Shown here: piece by piece, positions 46,569 through 55,991 of the stretch
How positions within the stretch are numbered: position 1 is the stretch's first letter
Layout: every line of letters starts with the position of its first letter
Assembly (NCBI GenBank): GCA_018304505.1
Contig: JAGVWA010000002.1
Location: forward strand, 16,567-80,566
Source of the DNA: Nanobdellati archaeon
Lineage (GTDB): Archaea > B1Sed10-29 > JAGVWA01
Direction: 5' to 3'
DNA: 64,000 bases
Notes under the pieces: model-generated
What the model was told of the DNA's origin: nothing
Seen by the model: the letters and a program-made list of their open reading frames with translations, nothing else
Database searches by the model: none
Position numbers and translations under genes: made by a program

Positions 46569-47480
46569 TCAAGCAGCTTCTTGCAAAACCTGAAGCATCT
46601 CGCACTTCTTGCACACCAGGGAGCTTGTCAGCTCGCCGCATTTTTCGCACTGCAACGGCGCAGAGATGTTTTCAAGCCCACTTTGCAGTATCGGCAGCAT
46701 CCGGTCGTACGCGTTCAGTATGCCGAATTTTGTTCCAGGGCGCTTTTCTTCCATTTGGTTCATGAAGTTCCGGATATCTCTACGGAACGCGTCAGTGCTG
46801 TACGGGCACTCGATGTCATCGTACTCGATTCCGTTAACCAGTGCATAGACCACGTTTTCTTTTTCCGGCGAGTCGCGCAGCGGTTTTATTCTGGGAACGA
46901 AAAGCTCATTTTCTACCAAGCCCGCTACTGGCCCTGTGCGCGCCATCCGCTGCACTTCGCCGCGGAAGAAGTTCATTAGTATTACTTGGACCTCATCATC
47001 AAGGTTGTGCCCTGTAGCCAACTTAGTCATTCCAAGTTCCCGTGCAGTCCGGTTTAACTGTTCACGCCTGAACACGCCGCAGTAGCTGCACGCGGGTTTC
47101 GCTGGGTCACGCTTTCTCGCATCATCAATCGTTATGCCGTACTGGTCTTTGTTGCGTACGATGGTTAGCGGAATTTCACGCTGTTCGCAAAACCGCTCCA
47201 CGTAAGGAATGGTCTTGTCCCTGTATCCGGAAATGCCTTCATCAACACAAATTGCGTTCACGTCGTAATGCATGTCCTTCAGCACGTACAGCGTCACGAG
47301 TGAGTCCTTGCCACCGGAAACGCCGACGCCTACTTTGTCGTGGCGCGAGAGCATGTTGTTCCGTACAATGTTTCTTTTCACGCGCTGCCAGTAGTACCTT
47401 GAAAAGCAGTAGCTACAGAGCTGTTTCTGCATGTACCTCATGTCAATGACGGCGCGGTTACTGCACTTGCTGCACTTCAT
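46569..47480 (-). CDS. ncsA: tRNA thiolation PP-loop ATPase NcsA (Ncs6/Ctu1/TtuA family)
   Basis: PP-loop SGGKDS. N-terminal CxxC..CxxC and C-terminal CxxC..CxxC zinc fingers. 303 aa. Confidence 0.8.
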   Translation of the reverse strand: MKCSKCSNRAVIDMRYMQKQLCSYCFSRYYWQRVKRNIVRNNMLSRHDKVGVGVSGGKDSLVTLYVLKDMHYDVNAICVDEGISGYRDKTIPYVERFCEQREIPLTIVRNKDQYGITIDDARKRDPAKPACSYCGVFRREQLNRTARELGMTKLATGHNLDDEVQVILMNFFRGEVQRMARTGPVAGLVENELFVPRIKPLRDSPEKENVVYALVNGIEYDDIECPYSTDAFRRDIRNFMNQMEEKRPGTKFGILNAYDRMLPILQSGLENISAPLQCEKCGELTSSLVCKKCEMLQVLQEAA

Positions 47481-47484
47481 TTTT

Positions 47485-47682
47485 TCAGCCCCCGCTTACG
47501 ACGCGTATGAGCTTGACTGCCGCGTTTTCTTCAAGGGCGTCTTGGGGCAGCATTAGTTCCCTGTTCACCGAGACGACGTAGTCTTCGAAAAACAGCTTGC
47601 GTTGGCTAAACAAGTCCTGCACTGTTGCACCTTCGAATTCTACAGGTGCCGTGTTGCCGTCAAGCTCTAGTTTGACTTGCAT
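47485..47682 (-). CDS. ubiquitin-like small archaeal modifier / sulfur carrier (SAMP, ThiS/MoaD-like) ending in Gly-Gly
   Basis: 65 aa with C-terminal ..RVVSGG*. Immediately downstream of ncsA on the same strand. Confidence 0.6.
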   Translation of the reverse strand: MQVKLELDGNTAPVEFEGATVQDLFSQRKLFFEDYVVSVNRELMLPQDALEENAAVKLIRVVSGG

Positions 47683-47736
47683 TGCTTACACCGAAATTAG
47701 ACGTCCTTGTTTTACCGAATAAAAATCGGCGCCCTG

Positions 47737-48135
47737 TCACATGGACAGGGCCTGTCGTGTTTTTTCTATGTCGTTTGTCGTCAAAGCGATTCTTGTTGTA
47801 CCTTTTCCTGAACCGAGTATAAAAAGATTGTCTATGTTTACGCCCTTGTGGGCCAGCTTGTGCGTGGCCTTTGCCAATTCGCCTGGCTTATCGGGTAATT
47901 CGACCACGTGCAAGTCCTTCACATCATATTTGAAGCCCCCGAGTTTCAGGGCTCGCGTTGCCGCGTTTTCGTCATGCACTGCCATTCTCACAACGCCGCT
48001 CTTGTCATTATAGTTTGTCTGTTCTGCATATAATGAGAGAATGTTCACGCCGCTTTTTGCGAGCACGTCGCACACGTTATAAAGAGTGCCTGGCCTGTTA
48101 GGCAGACTTACAGATATCTGTTTCACTGAAATCAC
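47737..48135 (-). CDS. ACT-domain protein (tandem ACT)
   Basis: Two ligand-binding-type repeats: ISVSLPNRPGTLYNVCDVLAKSGVNILSL and HVVELPDKPGELAKATHKLAHKGVNIDNLF. Confidence 0.65.
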   Translation of the reverse strand: MISVKQISVSLPNRPGTLYNVCDVLAKSGVNILSLYAEQTNYNDKSGVVRMAVHDENAATRALKLGGFKYDVKDLHVVELPDKPGELAKATHKLAHKGVNIDNLFILGSGKGTTRIALTTNDIEKTRQALSM

Positions 48136-48199
48136 CCCTTTTTAATTAGAGCGTAACTTCCATAAAAGCATATGGCATGAATTGAATCCCGCGTCAACA

Positions 48200-49111
48200 T
48201 CAAGAACGGTACTTTCCGCCGCCTATCCGTTGTGCGATTTGGTTGTAGAGCCACGCGAGCAGGTAGCCGAAAACGAAGCTGTAGACTAGGTTGTATACCA
48301 ACAGGGCGATGATTGCAATTCCCGGGGGCATTCCACTGAAAAGGGGCATGGTCGCCATTATAATGGGCATCACTCCAGGCATCGCAGACATAAACGCTAC
48401 ACCGAGGATGGCAAACAAGGTGCTGAAAATCGCAGACAATTTCGCAATTGGCATCTCGAGAACTGAAGTGATTTCAATCATCTTATCGGCAGCGGTTTTT
48501 GTTTTATACGTAATGCCGTCCGTGAAGTCAGTTATTATGTTGTAAACCACACCCTGGATAGCCACAACAATCGCTGCAATGACCACAAAGATGATTGGGA
48601 GCATGATTAGACCTCCAAATGCCACCATCCCTCCGAGTAAACCAAACAAAAAACTGATAAGCCCAAGGAGAATGCCAAGGATCGCCGCCACCAATGCAAA
48701 TACCTTGACCAGCTGGGCAACTCCGAATTTTTTCAATTCGATTCTTTGTGATCGCTTGGGGGACTTCGAATTTATGGTAAGCTCAATGCCGCCGATTTTT
48801 GAGGCCATGTAATTGTAAACCCGTATTAGGACATATGTAAAAATAAAGACAAAGATGATAGAAAACAATGGCACCAGAATGATGTCTGTACCACCGAAAA
48901 TCGCTGCACTGTCACGCTGCGGCATTACGGGCAGCACGAGTTCAAGTAGCCCCTGGATAAACGCAATGACTGCAATAACGATAGCTGTGATTTTTGCATT
49001 AGACATCGGGTCGAAATACCTGAACTGCAATTTCGACATGCTTGCCGTCATGCATGCATTATGTTTCGCTGATATAAATACTTGCTTAGCACGGTATGCT
49101 GGCATGGCCAT
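48200..49111 (-). CDS. polytopic membrane protein (hypothetical, about 8 TM)
   Basis: 303 aa and highly hydrophobic. Confidence 0.5.
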   Translation of the reverse strand: MAMPAYRAKQVFISAKHNACMTASMSKLQFRYFDPMSNAKITAIVIAVIAFIQGLLELVLPVMPQRDSAAIFGGTDIILVPLFSIIFVFIFTYVLIRVYNYMASKIGGIELTINSKSPKRSQRIELKKFGVAQLVKVFALVAAILGILLGLISFLFGLLGGMVAFGGLIMLPIIFVVIAAIVVAIQGVVYNIITDFTDGITYKTKTAADKMIEITSVLEMPIAKLSAIFSTLFAILGVAFMSAMPGVMPIIMATMPLFSGMPPGIAIIALLVYNLVYSFVFGYLLAWLYNQIAQRIGGGKYRS

Positions 49112-49192
49112 GTTTCATATTATCCATCTGCTATGCACCATGCCACCAGAAACGTTTATTAAACCAAAAACTCAAAAGAGGATTGAGGAAAA

Positions 49193-51091
49193 ATGAAAAT
49201 CATAGCACTGCACTCGGACTTCATAGAATACAAAGCGGTAAAAGAAGCGATCAAAAACCCGCCAGCGGCCGACAAAGAGCTGCACAAAGTGGAAGATTGC
49301 CTCGTCGTCTTTACGGCTATCGAAAAGCAAGACGAGGGCCACGAGGACACCGTTGCAAAGAACGCAGCATCTGAAATAAAAAAGATCGCGGGCCAGGTCA
49401 AAGCAGATACGGTCGTCATATACCCATGGGTGCACCTTTCGTCAAATCCGTCAAGCCCCGGCAGCGCGCAAAGCGTACTGAAGCTGCTGAACGAGAAACT
49501 CAAGAAAGAATTCAAGACCGTGGAGCAGAGCCCCTTCGGCTGGTACAAGCAATTCGAGATCAAGGTAAAAGGCCACCCGCTCGCGGAACTGTCGCGTGAG
49601 ATAAAAACAGTGGACGTAGAGGACGCTAAAGAAGACCAGGAAGAATCGCAAGCTCTCAAAGCAGAAAAAAAGCTCGTGTCGCACTGGCACATTCTTGACA
49701 TGAACGGAACACTGCATGATATTAGCATTAATGATGATAAAATCAAAGGTTTCGATTTCGCTGGCCGCAAGAATCTGGAGAAATTCACCCGGTATGAGAT
49801 GGCCAAGGTGCGGGTTGCAAAAGAAGAGCCGCCGCATGTGAAAATCATGCGCGACCTCGAACTTGTTGATTATGAACCGGGTACAGATCCCGGGCACTTC
49901 AGGTACTATCCAAAAGGCCGCCTCGTAAAATCGCTACTGGAGGACCTCATCACGAAAGAAGTTATTGACTACGGCGGCATGGAGGTCGAGACGCCGATAA
50001 TGTATGATTACGAGCACCCGTCACTGAAAGCCTACCTAAATAGGTTTCCGGCAAGGCAGTATTCAATACAAACGCCGAACAAAAAAGTATTCCTGCGTTT
50101 CGCTGCATGTTTCGGGCAATTCCTGATGGCAAACCATGCTACGATTTCCTACAAGAACTTACCAATGAGGCTGTACGAGCTGACGCGATATTCGTTCAGG
50201 GTTGAACAACGCGGCGAGCTCACGGGGCTTCGCAGGCTCAGGGCATTTTCGATGCCGGACTGCCATGCCTTTTGTCAGGATTTGGAACAGGCAAAACAGG
50301 AAATGCACGCCCGCTTCGATCTGGCGGAGAGGATACACTCAAAGATCGGATTCAAGCTACCTGACGACTTTGAATTTGCCATTCGAACAACAAAGGAATT
50401 CTACAACGAGAACAAGCCGCACATCATGTCACTGATTGAAAAATGGGGCAAGCCAGCGCTTGTGGAAATGTGGGACGAGAAGTTTTTCTACTACAACATG
50501 AAATACGAGTGGAATTTCGTTGACGCGCTCGACAAAGCCTCGGCATTGACAACAGACCAGGTTGACACGGAAAACGCCAAGAACTACGACATCACGTACA
50601 TCGACACCGAGGGCAAGGCACAGAATCCCTTGATTTTGCATTTCAGCCCCGGCGCAGTAGAACGCATTATCTACGCAATGCTAGAGAAAATCTACATGGA
50701 GAGCCAAAACAACAGCAAGGTGCCCATGCTGCCCATCTGGCTCTCGCCGGCGCAAGTGCGTATAATACCGGTTTCAGAAAAGCAACGAGATTACGCGATC
50801 AATTTGTCGGAGAAATTCAACAACGTGCGCGTTGATGTCGATGACAGGGACGAAAAGCTCGGAAAGAAGATTATGCAAGCTGGAACTGAGTGGGTACCCC
50901 GCATAGTAGTTATCGGAGACAGGGAAGTGCAAGACGGAACCCTGACAGTGACGCTGCGCGAAACCGGCGAGAAGAAACAGATGTCAATTTCCGAATTACA
51001 GAACAACATCGACGAGGCCATGGAAAGCCGGCCGTTCAAGGCCCTCTCACTGCCGAAGCTGCTTTCGAAAAGGCCGGTTTTTGTAGGCTGA
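49193..51091 (+). CDS. thrS: threonyl-tRNA synthetase, archaeal type with N-terminal editing domain
   Basis: Archaeal ThrRS N-domain MKIIALHSDFIEYKAVKEAI...VVIYPWVHLSS. Class II motif 2 FRVEQRGELTGLRRLRAFSMPDCHAFC. C-terminal anticodon-binding domain. 632 aa. Confidence 0.9.
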   Translation: MKIIALHSDFIEYKAVKEAIKNPPAADKELHKVEDCLVVFTAIEKQDEGHEDTVAKNAASEIKKIAGQVKADTVVIYPWVHLSSNPSSPGSAQSVLKLLNEKLKKEFKTVEQSPFGWYKQFEIKVKGHPLAELSREIKTVDVEDAKEDQEESQALKAEKKLVSHWHILDMNGTLHDISINDDKIKGFDFAGRKNLEKFTRYEMAKVRVAKEEPPHVKIMRDLELVDYEPGTDPGHFRYYPKGRLVKSLLEDLITKEVIDYGGMEVETPIMYDYEHPSLKAYLNRFPARQYSIQTPNKKVFLRFAACFGQFLMANHATISYKNLPMRLYELTRYSFRVEQRGELTGLRRLRAFSMPDCHAFCQDLEQAKQEMHARFDLAERIHSKIGFKLPDDFEFAIRTTKEFYNENKPHIMSLIEKWGKPALVEMWDEKFFYYNMKYEWNFVDALDKASALTTDQVDTENAKNYDITYIDTEGKAQNPLILHFSPGAVERIIYAMLEKIYMESQNNSKVPMLPIWLSPAQVRIIPVSEKQRDYAINLSEKFNNVRVDVDDRDEKLGKKIMQAGTEWVPRIVVIGDREVQDGTLTVTLRETGEKKQMSISELQNNIDEAMESRPFKALSLPKLLSKRPVFVG

Positions 51092-51162
51092 CGCGGCGCG
51101 TCCGGTGCAGGCGCACCTGGGGCACAATATCTATATAAAGCCAGAGCTCTTTTTGTAAAACA

Positions 51163-53112
51163 ATGGGATATCTAGATGATCTTTTAAATAAAAAAGGCAA
51201 GGAAAAGCCACGCGAGGGCGCAGCAGAAGCGCCAGAAGCCGAAGTGCCACCAGAGGCTGCACAGCCGGCGCAAGTTGCAGAGGCACCACAGGCCTCACAG
51301 ACCCCTCAGGTATCACAGGCCCCACCAGTTGAACTGGCAGAGAAGCCTGTGGAAATTGTTGAGGTAAAACCAAAGCCGCTGGCGAAAGCAGCAGCACCTG
51401 CCAAGGTAAGCAAGCCATTAGCGCTTGAACAAAAGCCGTCTGCGCTGGACCAGATCATCAAGCCGAAGAAGCAATCGAAAGCCCTCGAAGCAGTTCTCGG
51501 CGCCAGTGTAAAGGAAGCAGTGGCAGAAGCCAAGCAAATTGCAGAAGCAGAGCAGGCAAGGGAAGAGGCCAAAATAGAGGAGCTCAAAAAAGCAGGCCCC
51601 GGCGAAGGCACGGAAGAGCTCATAAAAGAGGCGGCAGAGGAAGCAAAGGAACTCGAAATCACAGGCAAGAAACACTTATTGACATCATACGGTGACGTTA
51701 AAATCTACAGGGTCGAGGGTGAAGACCTCCCGGTTTATTCGATTCCAGTGATCAAGCCGACAGGGCCCGAGAAAATCATTGTTAACACAATAAAGGAAGC
51801 AGCCACGCGCCTTATCACGATAAGCCCTGAAGAAATCCGCGACCCGGAAAAGCGCCGCGACTTCTTTTTCAAACGCATTCAGGACATCATCGAATCAAGT
51901 CCGGAACTCGGCGTGCCGAGGACCCAGATAAAGTTCTACACAGAAATGGTCGTTAGGGAAATGATAGGCTTCGGTATACTGGATCCGTTGATCAAGGACG
52001 ACAAGCTGGAAGAAATCATGGTCATCGGACCAAGAAAGCCAGTGTACATCGCCCATCGCGATTACGACGTAATGAAGACAAACTTGTTGTTTGCCAAAGA
52101 CGACGAAATCAGGAACATCATTGACAGAATCGCTAGGCAGGTAAACAGGCGTGTAGATCAGTCTGCCCCAATGATGGACGCCCGTCTGATAGACGGCTCA
52201 AGGGTCAACGCAACCATCCCTCCGATTTCGATAGACGGATCAAGCCTCACCATCAGGAAGTTCAAGGCGGACCCATACACTATAGTCGACCTGATTAACT
52301 TCGGCGCAACAGACACAAAGCTTGCAGCGTTTATGTGGCTCTGCGTCGACGGCCTCGGCGCGAAACCGGCAAACATCATAGTTGCCGGCGGAACTGGCAG
52401 TGGCAAGACCACGACGCTGAACTGCCTTGCGAGTTTCATTCCGTCATCAGAGCGCGTCCTGTCCATTGAGGACACTGCAGAACTTCAACTGCCTATTGAT
52501 CACTGGATACGCTTTGAAACGCGAGTCAAGGGCCTCGAGGGCACCGGTGAGGTATCGATGGAAGACCTTCTAAAAAACAGCCTGCGTATGAGGCCTGACA
52601 GAATCGTTGTCGGGGAAGTCAGGGGCGCAGAGGCTGAAACACTTTTTACGGCAATCAACACGGGACACGATGGTTCTGTCAGTACGATACACGCCAACAG
52701 CGCGAAGGAAACTGTAGTGAGGTTGCAAAGCTCACCAATGAACGTGCCGAACATAATGCTTGGCGCGCTGCACTTCATCTTGTTGCAGAAGCGTATTTAC
52801 GATAGGCGCAAGGGCTCAATAAGGCGCTGGACAGAACTCGGGGAGCTGCAGAAAACAGAATCCGGCGCGCCTCAGGTAAACATTCTTTTCCGATGGAACC
52901 CTGTTGATGATACATTTGAGTTTACAGGAACGCCGTCAAGGTACATCCAGGAGCTGCAGCAGTTCACAGGCCTCTCTAGCAAGCAGATCCAGCAAAACGT
53001 TGACGAGAGGGCAAAGATTCTCGACAGGCTCGTTAAAACAAAAACACGCTCCCTTGATGAAGTCAAGGAAGAATTCAGAAACTACTATGCCTCAAAGAGG
53101 GTAAAGAAATGA
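51163..53112 (+). CDS. FlaI/PilB/VirB11-family secretion ATPase (type IV pilus assembly ATPase), copy 2, with an Ala/Glu/Pro/Lys-rich N-terminal extension
   Basis: Walker A GGTGSGKTTT, VGEVRGAEA, TIHANS. Its stop overlaps the downstream TadC-like gene start. Confidence 0.85.
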   Translation: MGYLDDLLNKKGKEKPREGAAEAPEAEVPPEAAQPAQVAEAPQASQTPQVSQAPPVELAEKPVEIVEVKPKPLAKAAAPAKVSKPLALEQKPSALDQIIKPKKQSKALEAVLGASVKEAVAEAKQIAEAEQAREEAKIEELKKAGPGEGTEELIKEAAEEAKELEITGKKHLLTSYGDVKIYRVEGEDLPVYSIPVIKPTGPEKIIVNTIKEAATRLITISPEEIRDPEKRRDFFFKRIQDIIESSPELGVPRTQIKFYTEMVVREMIGFGILDPLIKDDKLEEIMVIGPRKPVYIAHRDYDVMKTNLLFAKDDEIRNIIDRIARQVNRRVDQSAPMMDARLIDGSRVNATIPPISIDGSSLTIRKFKADPYTIVDLINFGATDTKLAAFMWLCVDGLGAKPANIIVAGGTGSGKTTTLNCLASFIPSSERVLSIEDTAELQLPIDHWIRFETRVKGLEGTGEVSMEDLLKNSLRMRPDRIVVGEVRGAEAETLFTAINTGHDGSVSTIHANSAKETVVRLQSSPMNVPNIMLGALHFILLQKRIYDRRKGSIRRWTELGELQKTESGAPQVNILFRWNPVDDTFEFTGTPSRYIQELQQFTGLSSKQIQQNVDERAKILDRLVKTKTRSLDEVKEEFRNYYASKRVKK

Positions 53113-54311
53113 CTGACTTGAAGAAGCTCCTAAAAAAAAGGGGCCCAGTCGAGGAAAAGAAAACCAGCGAACAAAAAATGAAGGAGGCAATCACTAGGCT
53201 TGAGGCAGGTGCATCGGTAGAAGAAGCTGAAGAGGGCGACGAAATCGATAGAAAGGCGCTCGCGAGCATGCTCGGCCGCCTGAGAGAAAAGTACAAGCGC
53301 GAAGGCTACCTCAAGGAGGTTTCTGAAGAAGAATCAGAGCGCTCAAAGCAAATGAAAAAAATAATGGAAGGGGGCGTCATCGGCGTAAAGGAAGCAGGCG
53401 CAGAAGAGCTCTTGGGGGTGCAGAGCCCAATAGTAAAGGTCTTCGCGCAATTCTACTTATCCCTGGAGGCGCCGCTGAAGTTTTTCAGAAACGCGCTGCA
53501 GGCAACCTTTGGAAAAAGCCTCGAAAGAAACCTGATTGCGGCAAGGATGAATTACACGCCAAGCCAATACCTCACGATAGTTACGAGCGCCACAATCATA
53601 ACATGGCTCGTTTATTTTCTCTTCGCAACCCTGTTCATAGTTACGGGTACAGCCGCGCTCGGCCCGCTGATCGCTGGCGCGCTCTTCGCGCCATTCTTAA
53701 TACTGATAGTTGGAATCCTTATACCGAGCAGCAACGCGGCCAAGGTCGCGTCAAACATTGAGAAGGACCTGCCATTTGCGCTGAGGCACATGAGCATCGA
53801 AATCAGGGCCGGTGTCGGTATTTTCAAGACAATGCAGTCGATCGCGGAGTCTGGCTACGGCGAACTGAGCATCGGTTTTCAGAAGGTCCTTAGCGACATC
53901 AGCAAGGGCGTGCCGACAGAAGACGCGCTCGAAAATTGGTCGAACCTGATGGGATCAGAAGCCCTCAAGCGTGTCGTGACGCACATTGTCAGGGCGCTCA
54001 AGACTGGCAGCAATCTCTCAGATATAATGGTGACAATTGCAGAGGACGTGACTTTCGAACGCAAAGCAAAAATCCAGGATTATGCGCAGAAGCTCAACTT
54101 GATGAGCCTGTTCCTGATGATGATCGCCATTGTCCTGCCGGTCATGGCGGGCGTCCTTACCGCCGTCGCCAGTTCGCCCAGCATAACGCGCTTCGTGTCA
54201 TTTTTTGCGGGCTTTGACACGAGCTTCCTAACAGTGATTTACTTCATCATAATTCCGGGCCTTCTTACCATGTTCCTGTTCTTCATCAAGGCGGGAGACC
54301 CGGGAACGTAA
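53109..54311 (+). CDS. type II secretion system F-domain membrane protein (TadB/TadC/FlaJ-like), part 1
   Basis: Hydrophilic N-terminus, 3 TM, cytoplasmic T2SSF-like domain (LPFALRHMSIEIRAGVGIFKTMQSIAE...ALKRVVTHIVRALKTG), C-terminal TM helices. Confidence 0.7.
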   Translation: MTDLKKLLKKRGPVEEKKTSEQKMKEAITRLEAGASVEEAEEGDEIDRKALASMLGRLREKYKREGYLKEVSEEESERSKQMKKIMEGGVIGVKEAGAEELLGVQSPIVKVFAQFYLSLEAPLKFFRNALQATFGKSLERNLIAARMNYTPSQYLTIVTSATIITWLVYFLFATLFIVTGTAALGPLIAGALFAPFLILIVGILIPSSNAAKVASNIEKDLPFALRHMSIEIRAGVGIFKTMQSIAESGYGELSIGFQKVLSDISKGVPTEDALENWSNLMGSEALKRVVTHIVRALKTGSNLSDIMVTIAEDVTFERKAKIQDYAQKLNLMSLFLMMIAIVLPVMAGVLTAVASSPSITRFVSFFAGFDTSFLTVIYFIIIPGLLTMFLFFIKAGDPGT

Positions 54312-54357
54312 CATAATGAAAAATAATGAAAACATGTAATACATCAGATAAAATGAG

Positions 54358-55290
54358 TTGATAAAAATGGCAGAAATTGAAATGACGTCGCAGCAAGGCC
54401 CAATAACAAAAGCGGTAAAGGGCATCATGGGTAAGTACACTGCGGCGTTTGAGTACACGGGCATCAAGTTTCCCCCCCGGCTGGCGATTCTTGGAACCAT
54501 TGGCGCTGCATTTTTCGTTGGCTTGATAACGATTTTGATCGACCCTGTTTTATCGCTGCTGCTCGTTGTTCTCATACTGGACATCGGCATGGGCCTCCCG
54601 TTTTTCCTCGTTGACAAAAAAATCGCACAGCTCGAAGGCAGTTTGCCCGATGTGCTGCATCACATGGGAACCACCCTGAAAACCGGGGGAACTATTGAGG
54701 TTGCGCTTCGCGAAATTTCAGAAGTGGACTATGGCCCGCTGACATTCGAGACCAAAAAGATGCTCAGGGAAATCAATGAAGGCAGGACATTTGAGGACGC
54801 CTTCTTCCGCTTTGCAGATCAGTCAAGAAGCGAGCTAATCAGGAGGACGGCCACTATAATAGTAGCCGCGCGCAGGGCGGGCGGGGGTCTGGTTGATACG
54901 TTGGCGTCAATGTCCGATGACATCCGGGAAATCGCGCGCCTAAAGCGTGAACGCGTTTCGGCAACCGCGATGCCTTTCATGTTCCTGCTCGCAGCCGGCG
55001 TCTTCCTTGCGCCGCTAGTCTTCGGCATAGTGAAATCAGTGCTCGAGATCCTGCTGCAGTCTGCAGTTGATGAGGCAACAAAGGCCCAGAGCGTCATCCT
55101 GCTCAATTCATTCGACACAACCTTCAAGCTCTATCTCGTAATAGAGACCGCGTTTAACACAGTCGGCGCAGTCCTCATCAGGACCGGCCAGTTCACGAAA
55201 TCCATACCCTATCTGCCGTTCACCATGCTGATTTCGTATGTTATATATACCGCAGTATCAACGACATTCCTTTCACTAATCGGGGGGTGA
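54358..55290 (+). CDS. type II secretion system F-domain membrane protein (TadB/TadC/FlaJ-like), part 2
   Basis: TM helices, then a second T2SSF-like domain (LPDVLHHMGTTLKTGGTIEVALREIS...LIRRTATIIVAARRAGG), then C-terminal TM helices. Confidence 0.7.
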   Translation: MIKMAEIEMTSQQGPITKAVKGIMGKYTAAFEYTGIKFPPRLAILGTIGAAFFVGLITILIDPVLSLLLVVLILDIGMGLPFFLVDKKIAQLEGSLPDVLHHMGTTLKTGGTIEVALREISEVDYGPLTFETKKMLREINEGRTFEDAFFRFADQSRSELIRRTATIIVAARRAGGGLVDTLASMSDDIREIARLKRERVSATAMPFMFLLAAGVFLAPLVFGIVKSVLEILLQSAVDEATKAQSVILLNSFDTTFKLYLVIETAFNTVGAVLIRTGQFTKSIPYLPFTMLISYVIYTAVSTTFLSLIGG

Positions 55291-55368
55291 GGAAAAGGTT
55301 GAGGAAAGGTTTATAAACAAATGCTGATTTCATAACTCAGTTATACTAACAATATGGAGGTAAAATGA

Positions 55369-55830
55369 ATGAGCGGAACAAAAGGTCAAGGTTCACTTGA
55401 GTACCTGTTTATCATCGCAGGCGTTTTAGCAGTAGCAGCAATTGCTGTCTTGTTTTTGACAAGCGCAGGAGCAGGCGCAGCACAATCACAGCTAAGAGCA
55501 ACATGCGTCGCAGCAGCGCAACAGTGCGGTTCCTTGCAATTGACTCAGCCAGGCGTAACGTGTCCAAACACCTGCGGCAGGGCGTGTAGCGACCCAAGAA
55601 CCGGCACAGACGTACTGGGTATAGAGGACGTCTGGAATGTCCAAGTGCAGCAACTCGCACCATCAGGAAGATGCTTTAATGAGGATGGTGGGGAGATCCT
55701 TGTTGACGGTGCGCCCATTGATGACCAGGTTACCTGCGAAGACGATAATGGCGGAATCTTCTTCGACAACAACTGCGTACCTGGAACAGCGTGTTACCAG
55801 TGTTCAATAGCAGGGCCAATACCAGCGTAA
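55369..55830 (+). CDS. type IV pilin with archaeal class III signal peptide, Cys-rich
   Basis: MSGTKG|QGSLEYLFIIAGVLAVAAIAVLFL. CxxxxRACSDPRTGTD motif. 153 aa. The N-terminal 60 aa and the underlying DNA are nearly identical to the pilin at 16884. Confidence 0.78.
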   Translation: MSGTKGQGSLEYLFIIAGVLAVAAIAVLFLTSAGAGAAQSQLRATCVAAAQQCGSLQLTQPGVTCPNTCGRACSDPRTGTDVLGIEDVWNVQVQQLAPSGRCFNEDGGEILVDGAPIDDQVTCEDDNGGIFFDNNCVPGTACYQCSIAGPIPA

Positions 55831-55991
55831 AACCAATTATTAATAAAACCGGAAAAGGGGAACGCGTTCCCCACTTCCAATTTAATAACCTAATTCTTAT
55901 TTTATTGACAACTTCACTGTGGGGCAGCTTTTAAACGAACCCAGTTCTTGCCTGAACAAGGTTTTTAAACCACGTGCGCATTCATTACTTC

